Source: an uncultured Macromonas sp. (lineage in GTDB: Bacteria; Pseudomonadota; Gammaproteobacteria; Burkholderiales; Burkholderiaceae_C). Taken from it: a DNA stretch of 11,854 bases. The first letter of the stretch is position 1. Every line of letters begins with the position of its first letter. Of this stretch, positions 8,658-11,854 are shown piece after piece. A program made the position numbers and the translations under genes. The notes under the pieces are model-generated. The model made no database searches, was not told where the DNA came from, and saw only the letters and a list, made by a program, of their open reading frames with translations. The stretch is taken from contig CAZGDZ010000027.1 of the NCBI GenBank assembly GCA_964524855.1, positions 1 to 11,854 of the forward strand, in the 5' to 3' direction.

Positions 8658-9484
8658 ATGAACAAGATTGGTTTTCTTTTTTCCTCCGTCCTCGTGGCGC
8701 TGGCGTTGGCCAGTTCCATGTTGTTTGTGGTCGATCAGCGTCAGTTCGGCGTCGTTTACCAATTGGGTCAGATCCAGAAGGTGATCACCGAGCCCGGCCT
8801 CAACTTCAAGATGACACCGAGCCGATGCTGACGGCCGAGAAACAGCGCGTGGTGATCGATTGGTATGTGCGCTGGCGCATCAGTGAACCGTCGGCCTACA
8901 TCCGCAACGTGGGTTTGGACGAGCGTGCTGGCACGGTACAGCTGAACCGCGTGGTCCGCAACGCCTTCCAAGAAGAGGTCAACAAGCGTACCGTGCGCGA
9001 ATTGCTGTCCACCCGACGCGAACAGCTCATGGCCGACGTGAAGCGCCAGGCCATCACCGCCGTCAGCGGTGCTGAGAAGCCCTGGGGCATGGAGGTGGTG
9101 GACGTGCGCATCACCCGGGTGGACTATGCCGAAACCATCACCAAGTCGGTGTTTGACCGTATGGAAGCCGAGCGCAAACGGGTGGCGAACGAACTCCGTT
9201 CCACGGGTTTTGCCGAGGGTGAAAAAATTCGTGCTGATGCCGATCGCCAACGCGAAGTGATCGTGGCCGAAGCCTTCCGCAACGCGCAAAAGGTCAAGGG
9301 TGAGGGCGATGCGGAAGCTGCGCGCTCCTACAGCGAGGCCTTCGGCCGCGACCCGGCTTTCGCACAGTTCTACCGCAGCCTGGAGGCCTACCGCGCCAGC
9401 TTTGCGACCAAGAACGACGTGCTGGTGATGGACCCGTCTTCGGAGTTCTTCAAGGGCTTGCGCGGCAGCAATCCGAGCCGCTGA
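8658..9484 (+). pseudogene. hflC: hflC (FtsH modulator HflC, SPFH family), disrupted. A 57-codon N-terminal fragment (8658-8831, frame 0) carries the membrane anchor. A 219-codon C-terminal fragment (8825-9484, frame +2) carries the SPFH domain.
   Basis: Frame 0 from ATG 8658 reads MNKIGFLFSSVLVALALASSMLFVVDQRQFGVVYQLGQIQKVITEPGLNFKMTPSRC* and stops at TGA 8829-8831. The HflC N-terminal TM helix and the 'VVDQR..GVV...EPGL.FK' block are both recognisable. A different frame from about 8810 reads ..DDTEPMLTAEKQRVVIDWYVRWRISEP.... This aligns with E. coli HflC '..RFVTKEKKDLIVDSYIKWRISDF..' and continues through the SPFH domain to ...VLVMDPSSEFFKGL. The roughly 20 residues expected between 'FK(I/L)P' and 'TKEKK' (a conserved SPFH beta-strand) are absent. 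Confidence 0.6.
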
Positions 9485-9501
9485 CGGCTTTCGCACTGGC
9501 A

Positions 9502-9533
9502 GCCGACCCGGCTTTGGCTGGGTCGGTTTTTTG
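9502..9533 (+). terminator. Rho-independent terminator downstream of hflC
   Basis: (G)CCGACCC (9502/9503-9509) pairs with GGGTCGG (9520-9526) around a 10-nt loop, followed by TTTTTT (9527-9532). It begins 18 nt after the hflC stop. Confidence 0.7.
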
Positions 9534-9573
9534 CTGCCGGTAAAATCCTTTTTTTAACAGCACCATCCTTCCC

Positions 9574-11854
<2,281 letters not shown>

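Noticed and set aside
9534-9573. TAAAAT (9541-9546) and a T7 run upstream of hisZ as a possible promoter.
   Set aside because: No acceptable -35 element at 16-19 nt spacing. TTGCTG is only 4 nt away and TTGGCT is 21 nt away. The T-run more likely belongs to the hflC terminator tail and AT-rich spacer. This is not supportable from sequence alone.

Overview
This 11.85-kb window is high-GC proteobacterial core chromosome. Gene content and order suggest a betaproteobacterium, Burkholderiales-like, but that is inference only. All convincing genes lie on the + strand and form two adjacent, very widely conserved housekeeping clusters. The first is ispG(gcpE, 5'-truncated)–hisS–yfgM-like TPR membrane protein–bamB–der(engA). 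The second is hfq–hflX–hflK–hflC–hisZ–purA(3'-truncated). Intrinsic terminators follow hfq and hflC. Two gene junctions in the first cluster have 4-nt stop/start overlaps. I see no tRNA/rRNA, CRISPR array, IS/transposon, integrase, phage or toxin–antitoxin content. I find no evidence for a novel accessory system. The one genuinely anomalous observation is that hflC is split into two reading frames, with a frameshift plus an apparent ~15–20 codon internal loss relative to HflC homologues. That could be a real pseudogene or a sequence/assembly error. The many long minus-strand ORFs are antisense artefacts of GC-rich coding DNA.
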